Shown: positions 30,049-40,400, numbered from the stretch's first letter. The stretch: 64,000 nt of DNA from Cyanobacteriota bacterium (GCA_019751815.1 JAIEMW010000005.1:2603-66602), one strand, 5' to 3'. Numbers and translations are program-made. The notes: generated from the sequence alone by a model not told the origin.

Positions 30049-30642
30049 TTAATTTCTCTGGAGATATGGCTGAAGCCGGCGGACTGTTTCTTCAGCGGTG
30101 CGGTTTGCTATCTGTTGTAACACAGTGCCCCCCACCTCTTCACTCACATTCCAAGAACTCAGCGGGTGAGGGTATTGCGTGACCGCTTGATTGATTAATG
30201 TGCTAAGCATCGGCCCAAAGGCGGCAGGCTCTTTCAGTTGTCGGTAGAAACCGGCCAGATAAATCTGGACCAAGGGATCTGGGTGAGTATTCAGTCGGCT
30301 GGCAGCAGGATATAGGCTTTCGGTATTCACCCCAGCCTGTGCAAGCCGTTGTGCGGTATACAGTGTTTCCACAATGGCCGGCACAGAGGGATAGGGGATC
30401 CCGTACCCCGCCTGGTTCAGAATATTGGAAAGCACCGGGACTGCCGCATCTCGGTATTGAATAATGGACCGGATAAGAGGCTCGTTGGGCAGCAAGGTCC
30501 CGTCTGGACGAGCTGAAAGCCCTTGCCCCAGTTGTGAGCATAGGGAGACCAAGCTAGTGGTATTGGTCGCAGGGCGGACAGCACCGCTGTGCTGGAATTG
30601 CCCAATAGAGGGTCTGCCCGTTGTAAAGGAAAGCGCGCTCAT
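30049..30642 (-). CDS. Hypothetical protein (197 aa)
   Basis: ORF ends 17 nt upstream of the ROK kinase start on the same strand. Helical and Leu/Ala/Gln-rich. No motif recognised. Confidence 0.5.
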   Translation of the reverse strand: MSALSFTTGRPSIGQFQHSGAVRPATNTTSLVSLCSQLGQGLSARPDGTLLPNEPLIRSIIQYRDAAVPVLSNILNQAGYGIPYPSVPAIVETLYTAQRLAQAGVNTESLYPAASRLNTHPDPLVQIYLAGFYRQLKEPAAFGPMLSTLINQAVTQYPHPLSSWNVSEEVGGTVLQQIANRTAEETVRRLQPYLQRN

Positions 30643-30681
30643 ACCCTTTGTTTTACTACAAAAGCCGAGTCGAGAAAATGC

Positions 30682-31653
30682 CTAAAAAATTTGGCCTAAC
30701 ACGGCTTCCAGCCCCACAAAACTGGCGTCTATATCCCCGTCTTGAACGGGCAAGGAGGTATGCAAGGCGTGAATGTTTTGCCGAACCTGTTCAGGGGTCT
30801 TACACCCAACCAGCACGGAAGACACACCGGGGGCTTGTTGGGCAAACTGCAGTGCCAGGTGATGCACGTTGCTGCCAATCTGACGGGCATAGTCTGAAAC
30901 GGTCTGAACCGCTGAGACTCGTTTTTGGATGTATAGCTTAGGCCAGCGGGTTCGCCAATCCCCCTCGGTAAAGCAGACATCTGGTAGAAATTTGCCTGTT
31001 AGAAACCCATTGGCTAAGGGTTCTCGGATAAAAAGCCCGGGGGCAGTCTCTGTTTGTTTGAGATGCGGTAGCAGCGTTGTTTCAATTCGGCGGTCAAAAA
31101 GGTGATAAGGCGCTTCAATGACCCCGATCACAGGGTGCTTTGAAGCCTGAATCCCTTCTTGAGGGTCGTGAATCGTGATGCCCCCAAAGCGAATCAACCC
31201 CTCTGCCTGAAAACGCGCCAGTACATCAAATACTTTGCCCAGTTGAATCAGCGCCATGCTGGGTGTTTCCAGATGATAGACGTCAATATAGTCTGTATTC
31301 AGACGTTTTAGGCTGTTAATCAAGTTTTCTCGAAGCTGGCTTTCAGCAAACCGCTCACTAGCCTTGGTGCTGATCACCACACGACTGCGGTCCCACTGCG
31401 CCAGAGCCTGGCCTAAGAGGCTTTCACTATGGCCGTCTCCAAAATGATGGCTGGTATCAAACAGCGTGCATCCGGCTTCATAGGCCGTATGGAGTGCCGC
31501 CACAGAGGTATTATCATCAGTTTCCCCGTAGCTATTGCCGCCCGTATTACCGCCGATGCCCCAGGCCCCAAACCCAAACAGCGAGACATGCAACCCGGTT
31601 CCTCCTAGGGGGCGGTACAGGGTGTTTTCAGTGAATGGGGTCTCGGTGCTCAT
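30682..31653 (-). CDS. Aldo/keto reductase
   Basis: GTGLHVSLFGFGAWGIGG, then DTSHHFGDGHSE and other AKR-like blocks. I moved the start to ATG 31653 (MSTETPF). Confidence 0.85.
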   Translation of the reverse strand: MSTETPFTENTLYRPLGGTGLHVSLFGFGAWGIGGNTGGNSYGETDDNTSVAALHTAYEAGCTLFDTSHHFGDGHSESLLGQALAQWDRSRVVISTKASERFAESQLRENLINSLKRLNTDYIDVYHLETPSMALIQLGKVFDVLARFQAEGLIRFGGITIHDPQEGIQASKHPVIGVIEAPYHLFDRRIETTLLPHLKQTETAPGLFIREPLANGFLTGKFLPDVCFTEGDWRTRWPKLYIQKRVSAVQTVSDYARQIGSNVHHLALQFAQQAPGVSSVLVGCKTPEQVRQNIHALHTSLPVQDGDIDASFVGLEAVLGQIF

Positions 31654-31786
31654 AAAGATTTTTATAACGCAAATAGGATGTACACTGCAATGCCAGAGTA
31701 TGAAGTAACGGATGCTCATTTGCCAGAACGGGCGTCCCCTCTATTGAGGGAACACCCGTTACTGGAAGGATTGAAATAAGCGTGAA

Positions 31787-32719
31787 CTAGTTCACGTTCA
31801 TTTTGCGTTGGATCAAACCAGCCTGTGATGAGTTTGGGGTGGTTTTGACGAAACGCTGCCAGGCTTGCTGGGCTTGGGTTTGTTGACCATTCCACTCTAG
31901 AGCACGGCCGAGTTGGAAGTAGGCAATGCCGTTGTCTGGTTGGACTTTGGTCAGGGCTTCGAATTCAGCAATGGCTTGGGTGTTTTGATTGCTCATCCGA
32001 TAGGCCATACCCAAGAAGAGTTTGTTGTTGATGTTGGTAGGTTCCAACTCAGCAACGCGCTTGAAGAAGGGAATGGCCTCAGGGGCATTTTGCATGCTGA
32101 GCAAGCGAAGGCCGCTGAAGTACTCGCGTTGAACTGCTGTTAAACGGGTTTCGTAACGATCATACAGCTCATTGACTTTGCGTTGGGCGGTTAAAGAAGA
32201 TGAATCAGTGGGATCCCAGTTGATGAAGGTTAAGTAAGCTTCAATGGCTTCAGGTCCACGGTTCAAGGCTTCTAAAACTTGGCCTTTGACGAAGAACAAT
32301 TTGGCATTGACTGGGTCTAAGCTGATGGCTTTGTCGATCATGTTCAAGGATTTGGTGTAGTAGCCTTGGAAGTAGAGCGCTTCGGCCATGTTTCTGTAAG
32401 CAGGAACAGATTGAGGATCGATGTTCAAGACTTGCTCAAAGGTTTCCACAGCTTCAGGATACTGACGGTCTACCAATTGGGTTTGGCCTTTGGTGAACCA
32501 TTCGGTGTATCGTGTTTGGTTTTCTGGGCTGAGGTTGCTCAAAGAAGGGGTGAACACACCAGAAGGAAGACCGCTGTTGATGTTGCTGCTGGTGAAGAAA
32601 GTTTGGTTGCTGCTGACTTTGTTTGACGCTTTGCACTCACTCCAGCCGAGTAACGGCAGGGAAGAAAGAACAACAGGAACGGCAATGGCTGCGAGCAATG
32701 TTTTTACTGAGGTTTTCAT
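31787..32719 (-). CDS. Secreted TPR-repeat protein
   Basis: Signal peptide (MKTSVKTLLAAIAVPVVLSSLPLLGWSEC) followed by repeated 34-aa TPR-like units (AxxxYxxAlxldPxn pattern). AAGGAG RBS upstream. Confidence 0.75.
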   Translation of the reverse strand: MKTSVKTLLAAIAVPVVLSSLPLLGWSECKASNKVSSNQTFFTSSNINSGLPSGVFTPSLSNLSPENQTRYTEWFTKGQTQLVDRQYPEAVETFEQVLNIDPQSVPAYRNMAEALYFQGYYTKSLNMIDKAISLDPVNAKLFFVKGQVLEALNRGPEAIEAYLTFINWDPTDSSSLTAQRKVNELYDRYETRLTAVQREYFSGLRLLSMQNAPEAIPFFKRVAELEPTNINNKLFLGMAYRMSNQNTQAIAEFEALTKVQPDNGIAYFQLGRALEWNGQQTQAQQAWQRFVKTTPNSSQAGLIQRKMNVN

Positions 32720-33151
32720 AAGATGAAACTCCTTATCAACAAATATCTAGACAGTGAAACAACGAATTTAAGGGACTGTCTAAGCACCCCAAAAATCCCC
32801 ATAAAACATTACAGGGTTGGTGACACTAAGGCAGACTATTCAGTTTTTAACAACACGACAGAATGGAACACATTGAACGAACGGTCAGCGGGAACACGCC
32901 CCCAAAAAATAACGCAAAATAAACACAAAACTGAAAGCTCAAGCAAACACAGTTTCTGTGCTTGAGGATTCAGACAGGGGTCTGTGATTCCTGTTAACAG
33001 CGTTGATAATAAAACAAACATGTCTAATCCGCAATCCATGTGTTTTTCGCCACTTTTGTAGAAGTGCCCCGAGGTGATTCTTAGAGAAGGGTTTACCCCC
33101 AAAAAAATAAAAAAAAACGACTTACGTCTCGGACCTGATACACTTTTGAGT

Positions 33152-33997
33152 ATGTTTGGACGTCCATTTAATTTGAGTGTATTGTCGAAATTACTCCGGC
33201 TTTTGCTGGTGCCTCTGTTGCTAGTGGCGGCAGGGGCTGGGTGGTACTTGCTCACCACGCCAGGCATCAAACCCGTGGTGATTAATGTGAATCAGCCACC
33301 CACGCTCATGGTTGAGCCAGTTAATCCCGTACAGTTAGGCAAAGTGCCGACGGATAGCCAGGTCAATACCGAGGTCTTTCTCTATAACTTGGGGGGGCAC
33401 CCTTTGATTATTAAAGAGGTGAGTGCTTCCTGTGGCTGTACGGTTGCCAAACCGGACAAAACCTATATTGAACCTGGAGACTTGGCCCGGCTCTCAATTA
33501 CCCTGGATACCAGCATTAAGTTGGGTCATGTGGAAAAAACGGTCACCATTGTCTCTAATGATCCTGTGCGTCCGGTGGTCACGGTCCAATTAAAGGGTCA
33601 GGTGATGGCCATCGTGATGGGGCACGAAAAAATTGCGGTGAAAGATCCCACAGTCTTGTTTAAGGGCAAGTGCGCCGAATGCCATGTGAAAAAAGGCATC
33701 GGTAAATCGGGTGCGGCATTGTTTAGAGCCGATTGTGCGATGTGTCACGGGGATAGCGCACAAGGGCATGTGGCCAAGGCCTTGGTGCCAGGCCCTTATC
33801 ACTCACTGGAGTTTCGCAAGCACATTCGCCAGATCATTGCCAACGGTTCGCCCCATACCCCTGAAATGTCTCCCTTTAGTCAAAAAAACGGGGGGCCGTT
33901 GAGTGAGGGGCAAATTGACTCACTGGTTCAATATCTGGGCTATCTTTCCAAAAAAATGCAATCCGAAAACGCTCATTCTGAGGCATCATCTCGGTAG
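33152..33997 (+). CDS. Membrane-anchored DUF1573-like domain fused to a c-type cytochrome domain
   Basis: TM anchor (LLRLLLVPLLLVAAGAGWYLL), a DUF1573-like segment (ASCGCTVAKPDKTYIEPGDLARLSITLDT), then two CxxCH haem motifs (CAECH, CAMCH) and PEMSPF. I moved the start to ATG 33152; it remains uncertain. Confidence 0.7.
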   Translation: MFGRPFNLSVLSKLLRLLLVPLLLVAAGAGWYLLTTPGIKPVVINVNQPPTLMVEPVNPVQLGKVPTDSQVNTEVFLYNLGGHPLIIKEVSASCGCTVAKPDKTYIEPGDLARLSITLDTSIKLGHVEKTVTIVSNDPVRPVVTVQLKGQVMAIVMGHEKIAVKDPTVLFKGKCAECHVKKGIGKSGAALFRADCAMCHGDSAQGHVAKALVPGPYHSLEFRKHIRQIIANGSPHTPEMSPFSQKNGGPLSEGQIDSLVQYLGYLSKKMQSENAHSEASSR

Positions 33998-34698
33998 TAT
34001 TGTGCTGATTGTGCCAGTACCAGAGCAGCTTGAGCCCTCACCAACCAGCTATCATCGTTCAGTGCATCAACCACTTGGGGTAAAAGCTCTGGGAGGAGCT
34101 CTCGGTGTGTGTAAGTGTAAGATAAATAGGCGCTCATCACTGTCAGGCGAATGTAACTGGCCTGCTTGTCTTGACTGATCAGTGCTTGTTGATACGCGGC
34201 TTTGAGTGAGGGGAGGGCCGAATCGCCCAGTTTGGATAGCGCCTCAGCCACGGCTTTTCGAACGTTGGGATCCTCATGGCCGAGAATGCCGATCATCGCA
34301 GAAACGGCGGTATGGGCTCTGAGTTCTCCGAGTGCGACGGCGGCATTGGCAATGACGGTGGGTTCTCTGTCTTGCAAGCGTTGAATGAGGATAGGAACCG
34401 CCTCATTGAGGGCCGTGGGTGCGGATGGGCTCCTAGAGGAAGAAGGCTTGGGCCTTACTTCGGCTGCTTTTTCCGGTCTGTAGAACTTGCGGCCCTCATA
34501 AAGTGCGTCAAAACCCGCTCGATGTGTCGCTTCAATGGACTCTTCCAGCGTTTGGAACAGACAGGCTTCGTGCCCAAGGGGATTGGGTATGAGTTTTTTC
34601 CCCTGCGGGGATTGAATCGACATCGCAGGCACAGCAAAGGCTTCTATCCAGCCTTCCAGTTGCTCAATTCGGGTTTTCTTGATGTGAATAAAGCTCAT
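33973..34698 (-). CDS. HEAT-repeat (PBS-lyase-like) protein
   Basis: Repeats such as VIANAAVALGELR, HEDPNVRKAVAEALSKLGD and DDSWLVRAQAALVLAQ. The start overlaps the nnr stop (ATGA). Confidence 0.7.
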   Translation of the reverse strand: MSFIHIKKTRIEQLEGWIEAFAVPAMSIQSPQGKKLIPNPLGHEACLFQTLEESIEATHRAGFDALYEGRKFYRPEKAAEVRPKPSSSRSPSAPTALNEAVPILIQRLQDREPTVIANAAVALGELRAHTAVSAMIGILGHEDPNVRKAVAEALSKLGDSALPSLKAAYQQALISQDKQASYIRLTVMSAYLSYTYTHRELLPELLPQVVDALNDDSWLVRAQAALVLAQSAQYYRDDASE

Positions 34699-36410
34699 AC
34701 ACGAAGGGTTTCTCTACGGACGATTTCGGTGGAGAGTCTGTCGGTAATATCTTCAGGCCCCATGGCGGATTGACCAAGTGCCTTTGCGGCAAGGTCACCT
34801 GCGAGTCCATGGGTGTAGACTCCGACGCAGGCAATGAGTTCTGGGGATAAATCTTGAGACGCTAACAGACCGGCCAGATAGCCGGTTAAAACATCTCCAC
34901 TGCCGCCTTTTGCCATCCCTGCATTGCCACTGGTGTTTATCCAAATTCGGGGCCACATCTTTGGTTGATGACCAATATCTGAAATCTGTGAGTCGAGTGG
35001 GCTCGAAACCAATGTGGCTGGTCCTTTAAGCACAACAGTCGCCTGGAAACGCTCTCGGCATTCATTTAACCACCGTAATGGATCCAGCTCCACTTCTTCC
35101 CGGGAAATATGCAAAAGCCGGGCACACTCTCCAGCATGGGGGGTGAGTATCACACCAGGATGAAAAGCAGGGGCTTTTTTGAGTGTGCTCAAGTGGTAAA
35201 GCACATCTGCATCCAGAACTGCCGGCAGGGACTGATCACAAATTTGCTCAAACAAAGAAAAACACAAGGCTTGGGCCTCTGCACTTCTTCCGAGTCCAGG
35301 ACCAACTGCCAGAGCATCATATTTTTCCAGATCAATAGTGTCCAGTGTCAATGAGTCAGAGAGAAGCTGTCTCATCGCCGCATTGGGCAGTTGTATGCTC
35401 CCAAAGACATCTTGGGTGGTTGCTAGTGTCACCAGGCCCACACCCGACTTTAAGGCGGCTTTGGTTGCCATGGCCGCGGCCCCCGGCATAGGGGTACTGC
35501 CTGCGATCAGCAACAGATGCCCGTAATCGTACTTCTGTGTTTCGGGATCTCGTTCTTGGGGCAATAAATTGGCCACGACAGCGCGGTCTAAACGACGGAA
35601 GGGGCTGGGATCTTGATCGATTAAAAAATGAGGAATGCCAATATCAGCAACCGTAATTTCACCTGCATAACTCCTGCCGGGATACAGATATAGTCCGGGT
35701 TTGCCGCAGGCAAGGGTAATGGTTCGGTCCGCCATCACAGCGGTATCCCCAAAGGGGTTCCCAGAAAGCCCGTCTAAGCCCGAGGGAATATCAATGGATA
35801 ACACGCGGGCTGATTCAGCTTTAGTGTCCTGAGAGGCTTTCACTTCGTTAATGACTGCAGCCAGCGCTTTTTCTAGCCCGCTTAATGGCCGGTTCAGCCC
35901 GCTGCCAAAAAGGGCATCCACCACAATGTCTGCCTTGAGAATCTGATTAAAGGCTTCTTCTTGCTCCAGATCGGCCAGTATGTACTCGATGGGGTAGTGA
36001 GCCAGGATGCTGGCGTTGATCTTCGCATCTCCCTGGTAGCTTTTTAGTGGCTGTGTACTGATAACGACGACATCGAGAAAGCTATCAGCCTGTAAATTTT
36101 CAGGAGTGGTCGCTGCGGTTTGGGCCAACAATCTGGCGCACACAAACCCGTCCCCGCCGTTATTCCCTGGTCCGCACACAATCACTACCGTGTTGCTTGG
36201 CCGGGGGGGCTGATCCGTTTCTCTTAAAATCTCGCTTAACACAGCATCGGCCACTTTGCGGCCTGCTGCCTCCATCAAGAGCAGTCCAGGAATCCCCAAG
36301 CCCTCAATGGCTTCAGCATCAATGGCGGTCAGGTTGCCAATCAGTTTGGGATTTGTCGCTGTTGCGTCTGTAACGACGCCTTTGCGTGTATTGTGAATGA
36401 GAGTGTCCAT
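34695..36410 (-). CDS. nnr: Bifunctional NAD(P)H-hydrate repair enzyme (epimerase plus ADP-dependent dehydratase)
   Basis: YjeF_N motif GPGNNGGDGFV and the C-terminal carbohydrate-kinase motif GSGDVLTG. I moved the start to ATG 36410 (MDTLIHN). Confidence 0.9.
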   Translation of the reverse strand: MDTLIHNTRKGVVTDATATNPKLIGNLTAIDAEAIEGLGIPGLLLMEAAGRKVADAVLSEILRETDQPPRPSNTVVIVCGPGNNGGDGFVCARLLAQTAATTPENLQADSFLDVVVISTQPLKSYQGDAKINASILAHYPIEYILADLEQEEAFNQILKADIVVDALFGSGLNRPLSGLEKALAAVINEVKASQDTKAESARVLSIDIPSGLDGLSGNPFGDTAVMADRTITLACGKPGLYLYPGRSYAGEITVADIGIPHFLIDQDPSPFRRLDRAVVANLLPQERDPETQKYDYGHLLLIAGSTPMPGAAAMATKAALKSGVGLVTLATTQDVFGSIQLPNAAMRQLLSDSLTLDTIDLEKYDALAVGPGLGRSAEAQALCFSLFEQICDQSLPAVLDADVLYHLSTLKKAPAFHPGVILTPHAGECARLLHISREEVELDPLRWLNECRERFQATVVLKGPATLVSSPLDSQISDIGHQPKMWPRIWINTSGNAGMAKGGSGDVLTGYLAGLLASQDLSPELIACVGVYTHGLAGDLAAKALGQSAMGPEDITDRLSTEIVRRETLRV

Positions 36411-36483
36411 GGTGTTTTTTATGATACGACACTTTGGCCGTAAAATAGACATGCGCATCAAAATAGAATGCCCTTAATAGAAA

Positions 36484-36981
36484 GTGTTTTTAGTGAGCGA
36501 AGCCGAAAAACCATTTGACTGGGAAGAAATTCTCGGGGTCTACAAGCCCCAGTCGTGTAATCTTAGGGCGGCTTGCTGCTCCGTTTCTACGCCCAGTGTG
36601 CCTGTGGACGAGTTGATGAAAATGGCAGCTGACGGCGATGAGTTTAGCCGCGATTTCTTGAGTGTCTTTTTGCCCCATGCCAATCATCAAGCCGCCCGCG
36701 ATTTTTATCCCGAGCAACCAGACCATATCGACCGGGTTTTGGAAATGGTTTCTGGGCAAAACACCAAGGTGAAGATGGATCCAGAATCGGTGGTCTTTTA
36801 TCACTGTCAGTATCTAGGAGAAAACCGCCTCTGTCAGGTGTATGAAGACAGACCGGCTTTTTGCCGTAAATACCCTTCCAGTCCACTGAATATCCTGGTC
36901 AAAGGATGCGGCTACGAAGGCTGGGTGGCCTCCTGTAAGGCCAAACTGCTCAGCCTGGGATATGAAGTATCTGGGGGCTAA
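36484..36981 (+). CDS. YkgJ-family (CxxCxxCC-type) cysteine-cluster protein
   Basis: Cys clusters CNLRAACCS and HCQYLGENRLCQVYEDRPAFCRKYP. The start is uncertain (GTG). Confidence 0.6.
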   Translation: MFLVSEAEKPFDWEEILGVYKPQSCNLRAACCSVSTPSVPVDELMKMAADGDEFSRDFLSVFLPHANHQAARDFYPEQPDHIDRVLEMVSGQNTKVKMDPESVVFYHCQYLGENRLCQVYEDRPAFCRKYPSSPLNILVKGCGYEGWVASCKAKLLSLGYEVSGG

Positions 36982-38812
36982 ACGAATGATAATAAAACCA
37001 CAGATACTAAAACCACTCTTGCTGTTGCTGGTATTCATTGGATGGGCACTTTGGCAGCAGGGTTTTCTGTCTGTTGCAGAACAAGGCAATTCCCAACAGG
37101 CCAGCTCCCAAGTCCAAGTTATAGACGGGGATCTGATCCGTGTGGGGATTAGCAACAATGCGATGGAGTCGTTGGAACATCACCGGGTCCACATTACAGC
37201 CAATAAGCCCTTTGTCTTGAGAGGTACCACCGCAGGAGGGCCCTCTCTTCAACTCTTTTCTGCGGGTGTTGTCCTCACTGTTTACCGGGATAAACAAGGC
37301 ATTTGGGTCTCTGAGTCACAAAAAAAAATAATTCTGGGGCCTTTTCCAGGAAGCCTTCGGCTAGAACCGGAGTCAGAATCCAGTAATCAATGTGAAACCT
37401 GTACCCCCGATGAGACCACCATGCAGTTTCGTTTGCCCGAACTTCGCAGGCGTGGGCAAGCTCCCAGTTACCGCGGGGTTTTTGAGCTGATGCCAGCGAC
37501 TTCAAGCCAGGATAAACTCCTGCTGGTCAATATTTTGCCCGTGGATGAATATCTTAAAGCCGTTGTGCCCAATGAGCTTCCTCCCCGTTTTGGGTATGAA
37601 GCGACCAAGGCACAGGCTGTTGCGGCTAGAAATTATGCGGTTCGTCCCCGAGAAAAGCCTTGGCCCCAATTTGATATCTGCGACTCGCAGTACTGTCAGG
37701 TTTATTTTGGGGCAGGAACCGAAGTTGATTCAACCAATCAAGCCTTGAAAGAAACCCAAGGACTGTTTGCCCTATATCAGGGGGAACCCATCTTGGCCCT
37801 GTACAGCTCTTCCCACGGCGGGTATTCAGAATCTTACAGCAATGCTTTTTCAGACCCAAAAACACAGCAGTTTCCTGCCCCTCCTATCGCCTATCTGAGC
37901 GGTCATGCGGATTATCCAGACGTGGAAGCTAAAACAGGCGATCTCCGGCAAGAAGCTGCGGCCAGAAAATTTTGGACCGATCTCGATGTTCGCAGCTACG
38001 ATCAGCTCTCTCCCCATTACCGTTGGAAGCGTTACTGGACACTTTCTGAACTAACCGCTGTTTTGAATCAATCATTACGGAAAATATCGGTTACCGGAGG
38101 CACTCGTGGATTTGTGACTCCGACCTTTGGCCCGAAGGACACCATTGGCAAGCTCCAATCGATTAAAATCATAGAGCGCGGGGTATCTGGCAAGGCGATG
38201 AGGCTGGAAATTATTGGCTCAAAAGGGCATTGGCGTCTGGATAAGGAGTTGGTGATTCGCAAGGCCTTTTTGAAGGCAGGTAAAATGCTGCCCAGTGCCA
38301 ATATGGTGATTAACCGCGTAGACAATACCGTTATTGTCCGCTCAAAACATCGTAAAAATAAGGCAAAACACCTCAAAAAATGGGTCGGCATTGAGATTGT
38401 CGGCGGTGGTTTTGGCCATGGCGTTGGCATGAGCCAATTGGGGGCGAGTTGGATGAGCGATCATCACCAGGACTACAAAGCCATTTTGTCTCATTACTAC
38501 CGGGGGATTCAGTTGGGCAGCCGACCGGTGGTGGCAGACAACGGACAGGCCAAACGAACCCATTTTTACAGCCCAGGAAAAGAGGGCACTCTGAGGGTGG
38601 AGGCTGGTCCAGGAGAAGCCGCGGTGAATGTAGTCCTCAATGGCGCGCCTATGTGGTTCTCAGACACGAATACACCCCGGAAAAAAGTGAAAGCCGCGGT
38701 TGTCCTACCGCTGTGGGAAAAGCGCAAGAATGTGCTGACGGTTTACCCCGACACGGATGATCCCAAACGCCCGGTGAAAGCCTGGATTGAGATCGGCAAT
38801 ACGCTCAAATAA
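36962..38812 (+). CDS. SpoIID/LytB-domain protein
   Basis: SpoIID blocks EYLKAVVPNELP, EATKAQAVAARNYA, CDSQYCQVY, YSSSHGGYSE and GHGVGMSQ. N-terminal signal/anchor. Confidence 0.8.
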   Translation: MKYLGAKRMIIKPQILKPLLLLLVFIGWALWQQGFLSVAEQGNSQQASSQVQVIDGDLIRVGISNNAMESLEHHRVHITANKPFVLRGTTAGGPSLQLFSAGVVLTVYRDKQGIWVSESQKKIILGPFPGSLRLEPESESSNQCETCTPDETTMQFRLPELRRRGQAPSYRGVFELMPATSSQDKLLLVNILPVDEYLKAVVPNELPPRFGYEATKAQAVAARNYAVRPREKPWPQFDICDSQYCQVYFGAGTEVDSTNQALKETQGLFALYQGEPILALYSSSHGGYSESYSNAFSDPKTQQFPAPPIAYLSGHADYPDVEAKTGDLRQEAAARKFWTDLDVRSYDQLSPHYRWKRYWTLSELTAVLNQSLRKISVTGGTRGFVTPTFGPKDTIGKLQSIKIIERGVSGKAMRLEIIGSKGHWRLDKELVIRKAFLKAGKMLPSANMVINRVDNTVIVRSKHRKNKAKHLKKWVGIEIVGGGFGHGVGMSQLGASWMSDHHQDYKAILSHYYRGIQLGSRPVVADNGQAKRTHFYSPGKEGTLRVEAGPGEAAVNVVLNGAPMWFSDTNTPRKKVKAAVVLPLWEKRKNVLTVYPDTDDPKRPVKAWIEIGNTLK

Positions 38813-38816
38813 CGCG

Positions 38817-40400
38817 CTAAATGCTGTTGACGAGTGCTCTGGGGCCTGCGGCCACTAGCTGCTCTACGCCTTTGAATTGTTTGAAGTTTTCTACAAACAT
38901 GGCGGCCAGTTTTGCCGCAGCGGTATCGTAAGCAGAGGCGTCCTTCCATGCATCACGAGGATTAAGGAGTTCGCTGGGGACACCAGGACAGGACTGAGGG
39001 ACGGCCATATTAAAAATGGGGTGTGTTTCAAAGGGCTGCTTTTCCAAGTCGCCATTTAAGGCGGCTGTCACCATTGCCCGGGTGTAGGGGATACTGATAC
39101 GGCTACCCACGCCGTAGGGTCCGCCCATCCAGCCAGTGTTAATCAGGTAGACATTCACTTTGTGGTGATTAATGCGGTCTTTCAGCAGTTCGGCATAGAC
39201 AGAAGGGTTTCTGGGCATAAACGGGGCCCCAAAACAGGTGGAAAAGGCAGCCACGGGGTCAACAATACCGCGTTCTGTTCCGGCCAGTTTGCTGGTGTAG
39301 CCGCTGATAAAATGATACTGGGCTTGAGCATCCGTGAGTTTGGCCACAGGCGGCATCACCCCAAAGGCGTCGGCCGTAAGAAAGATAATGGTGCTGGGGT
39401 GAGGAGCCATTCCAGAGGGGCTGGCATTGGGGATGTAGTGAATTGGGTAGCCCACACGCGAGTTTTCGGTGAGTGATCCGTCATCATAGTTTGCCACTCT
39501 GCTGATGGGATCAATGACCACGTTTTCGCAAATAGACCCAAATCGAATCGCATCCCAAATTTCAGGCTCATTTTTCTGGGACAGTTTGATGGCTTTGGCA
39601 TAACAGCCACCTTCAAAGTTAAAGATGCCGTCCTGAGACCAGCCGTGCTCATCATCGCCTATCAAAATACGTTCTGGATCGGCAGACAATGTGGTTTTTC
39701 CGGTGCCAGAAAGGCCAAAAAACAGCGCAGATTTCCCGTCATGTCCCACGTTGGCAGAGCAGTGCATCGGAAAGACGTTGCGTTCTGGCATCCAGTAGTT
39801 CATCGTACTGAAAATACCCTTTTTCATCTCGCCGCAATAGTGAGTGGCGGCAATCAAAATCATTTTCCGCTCAAAATTGAGCAAAATACCGGCTTCAGAA
39901 TTGACACCATCTGTCTTGGGGTCAAGTTCCAGTCCAGGGGCTGAAATTACCGTAAACTCAGGAGCAAAACCCTGAAGCTGCTCGGCCGAGGGGCGGATAA
40001 ACAGTTGGTGTACAAACAGATTTTGAGACGCCAGCTCGTTGATAAAGCGGACTTTTAATGCGTAGCGGGCATCGGCCCCAGCAAAACCATCAAAGACATA
40101 GAGGTCTTTATCCGCCAGATAGCGTTGCACTTTTTGGTACACCCGGTCAAAAACGTCGGTTGAGATGGGCTTGTTGACCGTGCCCCAATCAATCGTGCTA
40201 TGGACTTCGGGCGTGTCGACGATAAAGCGGTCATTGGGCGACCGTCCGGTGTAATGTCCGGTTTCGACCACGAAGGCGCCTGTGTCGGCGAGTCTACCTT
40301 CCCCTTGCTGTAGAGCGATTTCGATTAATCGCGCCGGGGATAGTTGATACTGCTGTGTTTTGGTTGTGGAAATGCCTGTGTAGCTGATGTAATCAGTCAT
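38817..40400 (-). CDS. pckA: Phosphoenolpyruvate carboxykinase (ATP)
   Basis: Kinase-1a motif FFGLSGTGKTTLS with PckA-like blocks along the full length. I moved the start to ATG 40400, which has GAGGAG 8 nt upstream. Confidence 0.95.
   Translation of the reverse strand: MTDYISYTGISTTKTQQYQLSPARLIEIALQQGEGRLADTGAFVVETGHYTGRSPNDRFIVDTPEVHSTIDWGTVNKPISTDVFDRVYQKVQRYLADKDLYVFDGFAGADARYALKVRFINELASQNLFVHQLFIRPSAEQLQGFAPEFTVISAPGLELDPKTDGVNSEAGILLNFERKMILIAATHYCGEMKKGIFSTMNYWMPERNVFPMHCSANVGHDGKSALFFGLSGTGKTTLSADPERILIGDDEHGWSQDGIFNFEGGCYAKAIKLSQKNEPEIWDAIRFGSICENVVIDPISRVANYDDGSLTENSRVGYPIHYIPNASPSGMAPHPSTIIFLTADAFGVMPPVAKLTDAQAQYHFISGYTSKLAGTERGIVDPVAAFSTCFGAPFMPRNPSVYAELLKDRINHHKVNVYLINTGWMGGPYGVGSRISIPYTRAMVTAALNGDLEKQPFETHPIFNMAVPQSCPGVPSELLNPRDAWKDASAYDTAAAKLAAMFVENFKQFKGVEQLVAAGPRALVNSI

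Noticed and set aside
32723-33270. ORFs 32723..32965 (+, 80 aa) and 32836..33270 (-, 144 aa) in the TPR/cytochrome intergenic region
   Set aside because: They overlap each other and the neighbouring start and RBS regions. Their translations are low-complexity, with Lys/Asn/Thr or Ser/Leu runs driven by A/T tracts, and they have no RBS.
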